Assembly: GCA_963828465.1 (NCBI GenBank)
Contig: CAWHEU010000029.1
Location: 1-64,000 of the forward strand
Direction of reading: 5' to 3'
DNA: 64,000 nt
Source: an uncultured Acidobacteriota bacterium
Lineage (GTDB): Bacteria > Actinomycetota > Acidimicrobiia > Spongiisociales > ZC4RG35
Every line of letters starts with the position of its first letter. Positions within the stretch are counted from its first letter, which is position 1. The position numbers and the translations under genes are program-made. A model generated the notes under the pieces. The model saw nothing but the letters and a program-made list of their open reading frames with translations, had not been told where the DNA came from and did no database searches. Of the stretch, positions 41,868-51,168 are shown in pieces.

Positions 41868-41963
41868 GGAGGCGTCCGGACGCCTGGTGGGTCCCCCGGT
41901 CTTCAAAACCGGCGAGGGGTCTGAACGGCCCCTGGCGGGTTCGATTCCCGTCCGCCTCCGCCA
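41868..41963 (+). tRNA. selC: tRNA-Sec(TCA)
   Basis: 96 nt, anticodon arm ccggtCT-TCA-AAaccgg, long variable arm, GGGTTCGATTCCC, CCA end. Confidence 0.95.
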
Positions 41964-42073
41964 CCTACCTCCCCTGCAGGGGAGGTGGCCCGAAGGGCCG
42001 GAGGGGGATTCTCCGCCCGGCCCGGGTCGATAGAACCATTGATCGAAATGATGCTCGACTTAGCCTTTCTCCC

Positions 42074-42484
42074 ATGGAGATCGCGATAATCGCCCTTGCG
42101 GCGATCGGGATCGTGTTCGCCGGAATCGTCCTCAACCAGGCCAAGCCGAAGGTGCGAGCCGAGCGAGTCGCCGGTCATCCGGACACATTCGAGCTGTGGA
42201 ACGAAGGCCCGGGCAAGGCGGTGATCGTCCGCGCCGATGTGCTTTCCCCGGGCTTCCCCCGGGGGGCGTCGATCAATGACGCCGTCACGGCCATACCGGG
42301 TCTGTGGGTGGACGAGCGGATCGTCACGGATCATGGCCCTTGGGCGAAAGGCGCCGCCCTCGAGCCCCTTCGGCGTTTTGAGATCAGACTGCCCGCAGCG
42401 ACAAGCTTGCGCATCGTCTATCGGGCAGATGGTGCCCTCGGCACCGTGGCAACAGCAACGATGCTCGTCGAGGGCGGTCACTGA
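42074..42484 (+). CDS. Hypothetical protein with N-terminal membrane anchor
   Basis: MEIAIIALAAIGIVFAGIV TM then beta-rich domain; TAGCCT -10 upstream. Confidence 0.7.
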   Translation: MEIAIIALAAIGIVFAGIVLNQAKPKVRAERVAGHPDTFELWNEGPGKAVIVRADVLSPGFPRGASINDAVTAIPGLWVDERIVTDHGPWAKGAALEPLRRFEIRLPAATSLRIVYRADGALGTVATATMLVEGGH

Positions 42485-42501
42485 CCCGTTTCCCGGAGAC
42501 A

Positions 42502-42517
42502 AGTGACTTTCGGCCCT
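42502..42517. promoter_or_regulatory. DosR/DevR-like operator box
   Basis: AGTGAC-TTTC-GGCCCT resembles the GGGAC-N4-GTCCC DevR box, upstream of TAGGTT -10 (42539-42544). Confidence 0.45.
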
Positions 42518-42575
42518 CACTCGGGGCACCCACAGCAGTAGGTTTGTCTCAATCCGCCTAGGAAGGTGTCAAACC

Positions 42576-42995
42576 ATGAGAAAGACCGCATCCATCGCCT
42601 CGATCGTCCTCGGTGTCCTTCTGGTGATAGGAGGTATCGGCACCTGGGTGGTCGTGAGCAACACACTCGCCGAGCAGAAGATCGTCACCTCCGATGACGC
42701 CTGTCTCCCCGGGCGAACCGTGCAAGACCCATTCACCGCCTATTGCCAGGCCGCTGTCATCCAGAAGCACACATTGGAGACCACCGGTGGCCTGACCTAT
42801 GCCGAATTGGACAGGGAGGACCCGCTGCGAGAGGTGGCGATGAACTCGGCATTCCTCCAGTCATCGCTCTTTACCTCGATCGTGGCCTTCGGTGTCGCCG
42901 CCATAGGCGTCGGAATGGGCGTTGTGTTCATCCTGATCGGACTGGGCATCCGGGATGTGGCGGAGCGGACCACCGAGCCACCAGCTCAGGTCTGA
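42576..42995 (+). CDS. Two-TM membrane protein (family often labelled aromatic ring-opening dioxygenase LigA)
   Basis: DDACLPG..V.DPFTAYCQA.VI.KH, TYAEL.REDP.R, FLQSSLFTS. Confidence 0.75.
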   Translation: MRKTASIASIVLGVLLVIGGIGTWVVVSNTLAEQKIVTSDDACLPGRTVQDPFTAYCQAAVIQKHTLETTGGLTYAELDREDPLREVAMNSAFLQSSLFTSIVAFGVAAIGVGMGVVFILIGLGIRDVAERTTEPPAQV

Positions 42996-43376
42996 TCAAC
43001 CAGCTCGAAGCGGATGAAGGGAGCGGTCTCGACCCACCGATCGAGGGCCGCTCTCGACCGCTCCGGGTCCGAGCCCCAGCTCTCGGTCAGTGCCCGATAG
43101 AGAATCCGGCCACGCTCGTCGGGATCGGGCTCTGGCTCACCGCGAACCGAGATGTCGGCATGCGACTCCATGTCTTAGGTGGAGGGTGAACTCCGGGTTG
43201 GCCACGATGTTGGCGACCCAATCGCGCTTGAAGCCGGGTCGGCCGGTCAGATAGAACTTCCCGTCGAACTGGTGGAAATAGATCTCGATTCGGCGGGGCA
43301 ATCCGGACTTCCGACCGATCGTCGTGATGTCCACAGTGCCACCTCGCTCGAGAGCTTCCCTGACCGCGGTGTCCAT
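42986..43376 (-). CDS. Deazaflavin-dependent nitroreductase family protein; frameshift near 43175
   Basis: DITTIGRKSGLPRRIEI, RDWVANIVANP; C-terminus in ORF 42986..43171. Confidence 0.82.
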
Positions 43377-43385
43377 TGCCCGCAC

Positions 43386-43412
43386 CAACCCGGACGCGGT
43401 CCGCCTTGTTCC
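43386..43412 (-). promoter_or_regulatory. SigR/SigH-type promoter
   Basis: Minus strand GGAAC-N18-GTTG ending 9 nt before the ATG at 43376. Confidence 0.7.
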
Positions 43413-43434
43413 CGGGCGGTAGCTTGCGTCACAC

Positions 43435-44656
43435 ATGGGCCAACTGATCGAGGTCGAGGCCAGTCCGATGGGCACGGTCGCCCTGTTCTCCACCGATCGC
43501 TCGCTGACCGGCCAGGACGGGGTCGAGATTCTCACCTGGGGCCCTGGACGGTGCTGACCCGCCCCATGAGCTCGCCCGACGCCTCTTCGACGCCGATCAA
43601 CTCATCGATCACGTCCATGTCCTCTCCAACACCGTCTCGGTCCGGCGACGCGAGAACTGGGACGACGAGGCGATAGGCCGGGCCTCAAAGATAATCGCCA
43701 ATCTCTTCATCCACTACGTCACGCTGCCCGGCCGCGCAGAGGCCGACGAGTTCGAGGCGCTCAGAGTCGCCAACTACAACGCGACTCTGAGCCACATCAG
43801 GGCCCACAACGAGGACCTGTGGGTGATGCGGGTCACCCCCGACGAGCCGATCGACCCGTTTCTCCCCGGTCAGTACACGACGCTGGCCCTGGGTTACTGG
43901 GAGCCGAGGGCCGACGAGGCCCACGACAATCTGAAGCCCGATCAGGACCAGAAGATGGCGCGCCGGTCATATTCGGTCTCGAGCTCGATGATCGACGAGG
44001 CGGGCGAGCTCCTCCCGCCCCACATCCCGGATGTCGAGTTCTACATCGTGAAGGTCAAGCCCGGCCAGGAGGAGATTCCCGCCCTCACTCCCCGCCTGTT
44101 CCTCAAGGGCGAGGGCGACCGTCTCTACATGGGCCGCAAGTTCACGGGGCACTACACCCTCGAGGGAGTGAAGCCCGATGACAACATCGTGTTTCTCAGC
44201 ACCGGCACGGGCGAGGCACCGCAGAATGCGATGATCGCCGAATTGCTACGTCGGGAGCACACGGGCCGCATCCTCGATGTCGTGTGCGTCCGCTATTGGT
44301 CCGACCTCGCCTACACCGAGCAGCACGCGGTCCTCGTCGACCGCTATCCGTCATACCGATACGTCACGATCACCACCAGGGAGCCGGAGAACGAGGGGAA
44401 GAAGGTCTACATCCAGGATCTGATTGCCTCAGGTCGGATAGAGGAGGAGTTGGGCGCCCCCCTAGACCCCGCCCAGACCCACGTCTTCCTATGCGGGAAC
44501 CCGGCGATGATCGGGCTGCCGAAGTGGACCGACGAAGCGGTGGTCTTCCCCGAAACGCTGGGCGTCTGCCAACAACTCTCCGAGAAGGGCTTCTCCATCG
44601 ATCACCGCAAGGACCGGGGCAACGTTCACTACGAGGAGTATTGGACGGAGCGCTGA
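43435..44656 (+). CDS. Ferredoxin-NADP+ reductase with N-terminal Nfu_N-like domain; frameshift near 43528
   Basis: PGQYTTL, RRSYS, STGTGEAP, FLCGNPAMI, terminal EEYW; N-terminal domain FSTDRSLTGQDG...LARRLF..IDHVHVLSNTVSVRR...W. Confidence 0.85.
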
Positions 44657-44758
44657 GGCGTTGCGGTGACGGAGGGCGTGCGTTCCATCTGCCGGGAGCG
44701 GGGTTCGATTCCAGTTGGGCGGAGAGCGCCACGTCCCGACAGCTATCTGCCTAACGCA

Positions 44759-44995
44759 TCAGTGATCGTGCGAATCGAGGTCGACGTCCTTCTTGACGTA
44801 TTCGGTGTGCTCCTCTTTGGTGGTAGCGGTGGCCGTCACCAAGGTCAACACCACTCCTAATGCGCCAACCACCATCAAGATGTATCCGATCGTATTGAGA
44901 TTGAAACCTTCCGCTTCCACCGACACGGCGAAAGCCAAAACGGCACCCACTGCGATGAGGAAGAGGGAACCTCCGAACCTGACATTCCTATTCAT
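44759..44995 (-). CDS. Small two-TM protein (DUF6458-like)
   Basis: GGSLFLIAVGAVLAFAV...IGYILMVVG; RBS AAGGAGAG. Confidence 0.85.
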   Translation of the reverse strand: MNRNVRFGGSLFLIAVGAVLAFAVSVEAEGFNLNTIGYILMVVGALGVVLTLVTATATTKEEHTEYVKKDVDLDSHDH

Positions 44996-45094
44996 TTTCT
45001 CTCCTTCGTGACTCGTTGGTCGTCCGCGGCTTCTGTGGCTTGGTCCGCTCTCGAAGTCCAAGACGAAGCCATAGAACCTTTGGACAGCGAATAT

Positions 45095-45120
45095 CTACCC
45101 GTGGCTGGCAAACGGGAAAC
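45095..45120 (-). promoter_or_regulatory. SigF/SigB-type stress promoter
   Basis: Minus strand GTTT-N16-GGGTAG. Confidence 0.65.
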
Positions 45121-45379
45121 GGCACGATTGGTCTGCAGCAGGAAAGTCGAGCGCCTTCCCGGAGGACGACTCCACTGCTGAGCGCTTCCACCAGGGCACA
45201 ACGTGGTCGCCAGGAAAAATTTCGCGCTCCGGTTGGGGGCGGCAAAGCCCGGGGATAGTGGTCCCAATTGAAGGAGTGCGGCTCCCAAGGAGTGCGAGTG
45301 CTCCTCACAAAGAACGACGAATCCCCCTGGTTTTGGAGGAGGTCACTCAGCTCGTAAAAGTCGCCGAGCGGCAGGTCTC

Positions 45380-45406
45380 GGTTTGTCAGCCCTACATCCT
45401 GGGTAG
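45380..45406 (+). promoter_or_regulatory. SigF/SigB-type stress promoter
   Basis: GGTTT-N16-GGGTAG. Confidence 0.7.
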
Positions 45407-45437
45407 AGGTGGCCACCAAATTGGGAGGACAAAACCA

Positions 45438-45581
45438 ATGGCGACAATCCTTTGGATTCTGGCGGTGATCTTGGTGATCGCGGGCATCGCGGCCATCTTT
45501 CGGGGTCAAGTTTTGTGGGGGATCGTGCTAATCGTGGTTGGTCTGATAGTTGGGCCGGGCGGCGTTAGCGTCTTCACCTAA
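45438..45581 (+). CDS. GPGG-motif small membrane protein (47 aa)
   Basis: MATILWILAVILVIAGI...LIVGPGGVSVFT; RBS GGGAGGA. Confidence 0.88.
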   Translation: MATILWILAVILVIAGIAAIFRGQVLWGIVLIVVGLIVGPGGVSVFT

Positions 45582-45862
45582 GGTCCGCAACAACAGAGTT
45601 GGTGTGGAGCGCCTTTCTCGCCATGCAATGCCGAATGACCACGAACGGTTGCTCTTTGTATCGGAAGGTGGGCCACCACGGGAGCGGGGTTTCCCTTGCC
45701 TCCTACCTTCATGGGCTCCACCTAGCGACGAAGGCGTATACCACCAGGAGGCGTCCGGAGCGACCGCTGAGACGCACCGGCCGCGGGATCGAGCAGGATT
45801 CGAGAAGCGCCTGCGGCGCATCGCCCGTAGTTTCAACAGTGACTCATACAGGAGGTCAAGCG

Positions 45863-46309
45863 ATGAGTACCACGACGAAGTCGGGTTCGGGAGGTTTCTC
45901 GGAGGCGGAGCGTGCAGCCATGAAGGCGCGCGCCCAGGAACTGAAAGCGCAGGGCCGCAGCGGTCAGAAGAAGGCTGACAACGAACAGGCCGTGCTCGAC
46001 ACGATCGCCGATATGCCTGATGCCGACCGAACGCTCGCAGAACGCATCCACGCACTGGTCGGCGCGAACGCACCGGCTCTTCTCCCCAGGACCTGGTACG
46101 GGATGCCTGCATACGCGAAGGAAGACGGCAAGCTCGTCTGCTTCTTCAAGGCCGCGTCCAAGTTCGACGGCCGCTACGCGATGTTGGGATTCGAAGATGA
46201 GGCCGCGCTCGACGACGGCTCGATGTGGCCGATCGTGTTTGCCATCGTCGAATGGACGCCGGCGGTCGAGAAGAAGCTCGTGACACTCGTCAAGACCGCG
46301 GTCTCCTGA
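45863..46309 (+). CDS. DUF1801 protein
   Basis: FSEAERAAMKARAQELKA, PRTWYGMPAYA, DDGSMWP; RBS AGGAGG. Confidence 0.88.
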   Translation: MSTTTKSGSGGFSEAERAAMKARAQELKAQGRSGQKKADNEQAVLDTIADMPDADRTLAERIHALVGANAPALLPRTWYGMPAYAKEDGKLVCFFKAASKFDGRYAMLGFEDEAALDDGSMWPIVFAIVEWTPAVEKKLVTLVKTAVS

Positions 46310-46315
46310 GCGTCG

Positions 46316-48592
46316 CTACGACCCGGCCCGCTCCCGGCGCTGGGCCTCGGCTACGGCGATGGCGGTCATGTTGACGACGTCGTTGACGGAGGCGTCGCGC
46401 TGCATGACGTGGACCGTCTTGGACAGCCCGCTGAGGATGGGCCCGATCACCTCGGCGTCGCCGAGCCTGTTGAGCAGCTTGTAGGAGGCGTTGGCGGCGG
46501 TCAGGTTTGGGAACACGAGGACGTTGGCCGCCCGGCTCAAGGCCCCTCTGGGACGTCTATCGGCCAAGAGCTCAGGTATCACCGCGGTGTCCGCCTGCAT
46601 CTCGCCGTCGACGGGGATGTCCGGTCGGGCCAAGCGGAAGAGCTCCACCGCACGGCGGACCCGGGCCGGCTCGCTGCCACCGGCCGACCCGAAGTCGGAG
46701 TAACTGATGAATGCGACACGGGGGCTCCGGGCGAAGTCCTCTTCGGCCGTCGTGGTTGCAGCGAGTGCGATCTCGGCCAGCTGCTCGGCGGTCGGCTCGA
46801 TATTTACCGCACAATCCGTGAAGAAGTAGGCAGTCCCCCTGACCACGACGAGATACACGGAGCTGACGATGGACCGACCCTCCTCCACCTGGAGCACCTG
46901 CAGAGCGGGCCTTATCGTTTCGGGGTAATAACTGCTGAGCCCGCCGATGACTGCATCGGCCGCCCCTTCCCGCACCATGAGGCACGCGTACATGGCGGGG
47001 TCCTCGGTCTGCCTCCTCGCATCCTGGAGTGACAGGCCCTTGTGCCGGCGAAGCTGTTCGAGGGTGAGCGCATACCGATCCCGCTCCCCCTCTTCCCGTA
47101 GGTAATCGATCACGTCGATCCCATCGATGGAGATGCCCGCCTCCTCCGCCATGCCATTGATCCGCCCGGCATCACCGAGGAGCACGACGTTGCCGATCCC
47201 CTCATCAGTCACCCTCCGGGCCGCCCGGATCATGCGCACATCTTCGGCATGCGGGTAGACGATCTTCTTCGGCTGCTCCATCGCCCTGGTGGTGATGGCG
47301 TTGATCAACCCGTGGGAGGCGTTGAACCTGGTCTGGAGCTGGGAGATGTACTCGTCGAAATCTTCGATCGGCGCCCGGGCCAGACCCTCCTCCATGGCCG
47401 CCTTGGCCACCGCCGGCGCGACCCGCCAAAGCACTCGAGGGTCGAACGGCTTGGGGATGAGGTACTCAGGGCCGAACTGGAGCCGGTCCAAGTCGTAGGC
47501 GCGAAGCACCGAATCGGGCACGGGCTCCTTGGCCAGCTCGGCGAGGGCACGCACTGCGGCAATCTTCATCCCCTCCGAGACGCCCCGTGCCCTCACGTCG
47601 AGAGCGCCCCGGAAGATGAAGGGAAAGCCGAGGACGTTGTTCACCTGGTTCGGGTAGTCACTGCGCCCGGTGGCCATCACCACATCCGGCCTTGCCGCCA
47701 ATGCGTCCGCGTAGCTGATCTCGGGATCGGGGTTGGCCAGCGCGAAGACGATCGGCCGCTCGGCCATCGTCTGGACCATCTCCTTGGTCACGGTCCCGGC
47801 GATGGAGACTCCGATGAACGCATCTGCGCCGACGAGGGCATCCTCGAGCGTTCGGGCACTCGTCTCTACCGCGAATTCTCTCTTGATGTCGTTGAGGTCG
47901 TCGCGTCCGTTGTGGATAACGCCGATCGAGTCGACCATGAGGATGTTCTCCGGGCTCATGCCGAGCTCGATGAAGAACCTCGCTGAAGCGATGCCGGCGG
48001 CTCCCGCCCCGGCGAAGACCACCTTCACACGGGAGATGTCCCGCCCCGTCAGCTCGAGAGCGTTGAGGAAGGCCGCCCCACCGATGATGGCGGTCCCGTG
48101 CTGGTCGTCGTGGAACACGGGGATGTCGAGCCGATCACGCAGGGTCTGCTCGATTTCGAAGCACTCCGGCGCTTTGATGTCCTCGAGATTGATGCCGCCG
48201 ACCGTTGGGGCCAGCATCTCGCAGAATCTGATCACGTCTTCCGGCTCGGTGGCGTCGATCTCCAGGTCGAACACGTCGATATCGGCGAAGCGCTTGAACA
48301 ACACGCTTTTGCCTTCCATCACCGGCTTGCTGGCCAGTGGACCGATGTTGCCCAGACCGAGCACCGCAGTCCCGTTGGACACCACAGCGACCAGGTTTCC
48401 CCTGTTGGTGAACCGAAACGCGGCATCAGCATCCTCGGCGATGACGAGGCAGGGCTCGGCCACGCCTGGCGTGTAGGCGAGGCTCAGATCGGCCTGGGTC
48501 GCCGTGGGCTTGGTCGACCGGATTGCCGTCTTGCCCGGGGTGGGCTTCTCGTGGTACTCCAGGGCCTCGGAGAAAGTGGGTTTGCGGGCCAT
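46316..48592 (-). CDS. maeB: NADP-dependent malic enzyme with phosphotransacetylase-like domain
   Basis: [39 protein letters not shown]; PTA domain DGEMQAD, FPNL. Confidence 0.94.
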   Translation of the reverse strand: MARKPTFSEALEYHEKPTPGKTAIRSTKPTATQADLSLAYTPGVAEPCLVIAEDADAAFRFTNRGNLVAVVSNGTAVLGLGNIGPLASKPVMEGKSVLFKRFADIDVFDLEIDATEPEDVIRFCEMLAPTVGGINLEDIKAPECFEIEQTLRDRLDIPVFHDDQHGTAIIGGAAFLNALELTGRDISRVKVVFAGAGAAGIASARFFIELGMSPENILMVDSIGVIHNGRDDLNDIKREFAVETSARTLEDALVGADAFIGVSIAGTVTKEMVQTMAERPIVFALANPDPEISYADALAARPDVVMATGRSDYPNQVNNVLGFPFIFRGALDVRARGVSEGMKIAAVRALAELAKEPVPDSVLRAYDLDRLQFGPEYLIPKPFDPRVLWRVAPAVAKAAMEEGLARAPIEDFDEYISQLQTRFNASHGLINAITTRAMEQPKKIVYPHAEDVRMIRAARRVTDEGIGNVVLLGDAGRINGMAEEAGISIDGIDVIDYLREEGERDRYALTLEQLRRHKGLSLQDARRQTEDPAMYACLMVREGAADAVIGGLSSYYPETIRPALQVLQVEEGRSIVSSVYLVVVRGTAYFFTDCAVNIEPTAEQLAEIALAATTTAEEDFARSPRVAFISYSDFGSAGGSEPARVRRAVELFRLARPDIPVDGEMQADTAVIPELLADRRPRGALSRAANVLVFPNLTAANASYKLLNRLGDAEVIGPILSGLSKTVHVMQRDASVNDVVNMTAIAVAEAQRRERAGS

Positions 48593-48692
48593 CTGAGCCC
48601 CGAGCCTATCTGCCAGGAGGGATCGGCGACACAGCCGCCCATGGGCCGGGAGTTCCCCTTGACCCCTGCACATGCGAGAATTGCAGGGAGAG

Positions 48693-49001
48693 ATGATGAC
48701 TTCGAACCTTCCTATCTACCACGACAACGGCTACAAGGTCATGGCCGGCTGGAGGGTGGGTCACGCCCCGGAGGAGTCCACCACCCGCTCGGGGCTCCTC
48801 GTTCCTATCGGCACGAAGGACGGAAACGACGCACTCACCCTCGTCGACGTGAGGACGGGCCAGCGCTTCTGGGCGGTGCCTACCGGAGCATGGCGGTTCA
48901 TCTGGCCGGCCACGGGGAAGCCGGTCATCGCGGTGCGTGAGTCCCAGATCATCGCCGAGGAGGAAGTCGATCATGTCGGAGATGAGGGTCAGTACCTCTG
49001 A
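48693..49001 (+). CDS. Divergent GroES/Cpn10-like protein with C-terminal GQYL motif
   Basis: EESTTRSGLLVP mobile-loop-like segment, VRTGQ, IAVRESQIIA, terminal DEGQYL-stop; RBS AGGGAG. Confidence 0.65.
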   Translation: MMTSNLPIYHDNGYKVMAGWRVGHAPEESTTRSGLLVPIGTKDGNDALTLVDVRTGQRFWAVPTGAWRFIWPATGKPVIAVRESQIIAEEEVDHVGDEGQYL

Positions 49002-49062
49002 GCGGCGTTAATCCCCCGCCATCGCGCGGTCCAACCCGCGAACATCCTGCTCTCCGAGCATC

Positions 49063-50370
49063 ATGACCCAAGAACACGCCTCCAGACGCCGTCGTCGCCT
49101 CACCGCGACGATCACCGATCTCGAAGTCGCCATACAGCGGGCCTTCCTGGTCGGCGTCGAGCTGCCCGGAATGACCACCGTCGATTCCGAGCGCAGCCTG
49201 GAGGAGCTCGCCTTGCTCACCGACACCGCCGGATCCGAGCCGGTGGATCAGGAACTGGTGCGCCGCACACGGATCGACCCCGCCACCTACATCGGGTCTG
49301 GCAAGGCCGAGGAGATCGCCACTCTTACCAACGCTCTCGACATCGATGTGGTCGTGTTCGACAACCAGCTGACCCCGGCGCAACAGCGCAATCTCCAGAA
49401 GCTCTTCGGCTGCGACGTGGTGGATCGGGAAGGCCTCATCCTCGACATCTTCGCCCAGCACGCCCACACCAAGGTCGGTGCCCTCCAGGTGGAGCTGGCG
49501 ATGAACCGGTACAACCTGCCCCGACTTCGAGGTCGAGGAACAAGTCTCTCCCAACAGGGTGCCGGGGTGCTCGCCCGCGGTCCCGGCGAGACGAAGCTCG
49601 AGACGGATCGACGGCGAATCCTCGAGCGCAACTCGAAGCTCGAACGCGAGTTGAAGGAGACGGTGAAGCATCGGGCTACCCAGCGCAAGGCGAGGAAGAG
49701 ATCCGATATCGCCCAGATATCCATCGTCGGATACACCAACGCCGGTAAATCCACCCTTCTCAATGCTGTCACCAACGCCGACGTGCTGGTCGAGGACAGG
49801 CTCTTCGCCACCCTCGACCCCACCGTGCGGAGGCTCGAGCTGACCGACCAGCAGACCGTGCTCTTGGCCGACACGGTTGGCTTCGTGCGGCGTCTCCCTC
49901 ATCACCTGGTCGAGGCATTCCGGTCGACCCTGTCCGAGGTGGCCGAGGCCGACCTCCTGCTCCACGTGGTGGATGGAACCGATCCGGACCCCGCCGGACA
50001 GATCGCGGCGGTTCGCGAGGTGTTGCTGGAGATCGGAGCGGCCGAGATCCCGGAGCTGACGGTCATCAACAAGAGCGACATGATGGGTGAGCAAGCACTG
50101 AACCGCCTGACCAATCTCTATCCGGATGCCGTGTTCATCTCGGCCCTAAAGGGGGTCGGGCTCGAGGAGTTGCTGGAACGGATCGGCTCACTGGTTGAGC
50201 GGGCCACGGTCACCCTCACCCTCGAGATCCCCTACGCCCGGGGTGATCTGGTGGCCGCCGTCCATCGGGTGGGAGAGGTGATCGAGGAAAAGCACGACGA
50301 CAACGGCATGATCCTCGAGGTGCGGGTCCCCGAGACAGCACGCGCTCAATTCGCACCCTTCAGTCGTTGA
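49063..50370 (+). CDS. hflX: GTPase HflX
   Basis: IGSGKAEEI, LILDIFAQHA, RGPGETKLE, VGYTNAGKST, DTVGF, NKSD. Confidence 0.96.
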   Translation: MTQEHASRRRRRLTATITDLEVAIQRAFLVGVELPGMTTVDSERSLEELALLTDTAGSEPVDQELVRRTRIDPATYIGSGKAEEIATLTNALDIDVVVFDNQLTPAQQRNLQKLFGCDVVDREGLILDIFAQHAHTKVGALQVELAMNRYNLPRLRGRGTSLSQQGAGVLARGPGETKLETDRRRILERNSKLERELKETVKHRATQRKARKRSDIAQISIVGYTNAGKSTLLNAVTNADVLVEDRLFATLDPTVRRLELTDQQTVLLADTVGFVRRLPHHLVEAFRSTLSEVAEADLLLHVVDGTDPDPAGQIAAVREVLLEIGAAEIPELTVINKSDMMGEQALNRLTNLYPDAVFISALKGVGLEELLERIGSLVERATVTLTLEIPYARGDLVAAVHRVGEVIEEKHDDNGMILEVRVPETARAQFAPFSR

Positions 50371-50373
50371 TAT

Positions 50374-51117
50374 TCAGTCGCTGAAGGCGAGGGCAGCGGC
50401 GCCGACGATCCCGGCGTTGTTGGCCAGAGCCGCTTTGGTCGTCTTGACGTCGTCGAAGGTGACGTGCGAGGCGAACTCATCCCAGAACTTGGAGATTCCC
50501 CCTCCGATGACGATCAGGTCAGGGGTGAACACCTCATTGGCCAGGATTATGAACTCGCGGGCTCGCTCACCCCATTCGTCCCAGCTCAGACCTTCCGCCC
50601 GCCTCGATTTCGCCGAGTAGCGCTGCTCCGCAGGCCGCACCCCGGCTAGCTCGAGCTGGCCCAACTCGATGTTGGGCAGGACCTTCCCGTCGACGATCAG
50701 GGCACTTCCGATCCCCGTCCCGAAGGTGAGCACGAGGACCTTCCCGTTCACGCCCTTGGCAGCTCCGTATCGAACTTCGGCCAGGCCTGCGGCATCGGCG
50801 TCGTTGATCATGATGATATCCCGCCCGATGGTTGTCTCGAAGAGCTCCAGTGCGTTCACACCGATCCACGACTTGTCGATGTTGTTGGCGGTGGCCACCC
50901 AACCCTGACGAATCACCGAGGGAAAGCCGAGACCGAGGCGCCCGGGGGCGTCTAGTTGGTCCACCAGCTCTTTGACCGCGGCAGCAACGGCGTTCGGCGT
51001 GGACGGCTCGGGGGTGTCCACCCGAAGGCGGCCACTCACGAGCTCACCGGCCTCCACGTCGACCACCCCGGCCTTCACGCCGGACCCACCTACGTCGACG
51101 CCGATCCTGGTTGTCAC
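50374..51117 (-). CDS. ppgK: Polyphosphate glucokinase (ROK family)
   Basis: GVDVGGSGVK, NDADAAGLAE, TFGTGIGSA, PNIELG, NNAGIVGAA. Confidence 0.9.
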   Translation of the reverse strand: MTTRIGVDVGGSGVKAGVVDVEAGELVSGRLRVDTPEPSTPNAVAAAVKELVDQLDAPGRLGLGFPSVIRQGWVATANNIDKSWIGVNALELFETTIGRDIIMINDADAAGLAEVRYGAAKGVNGKVLVLTFGTGIGSALIVDGKVLPNIELGQLELAGVRPAEQRYSAKSRRAEGLSWDEWGERAREFIILANEVFTPDLIVIGGGISKFWDEFASHVTFDDVKTTKAALANNAGIVGAAALAFSD

Positions 51118-51168
51118 GGCGGGCGAGACTAGTGGGGTGCCAAATCGAACCATTACTCTCGGATTCCG

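Noticed and set aside
43552-43570. TGC-TGA (Cys-Sec) read-through selenoprotein near selC
   Set aside because: Another in-frame TGA follows within four codons, and a one-base correction upstream gives a coherent FNR fusion instead.
41964-46309. Integrative island at selC
   Set aside because: Small accessory-type genes are present, but I saw no integrase and no duplicated tRNA 3' end.
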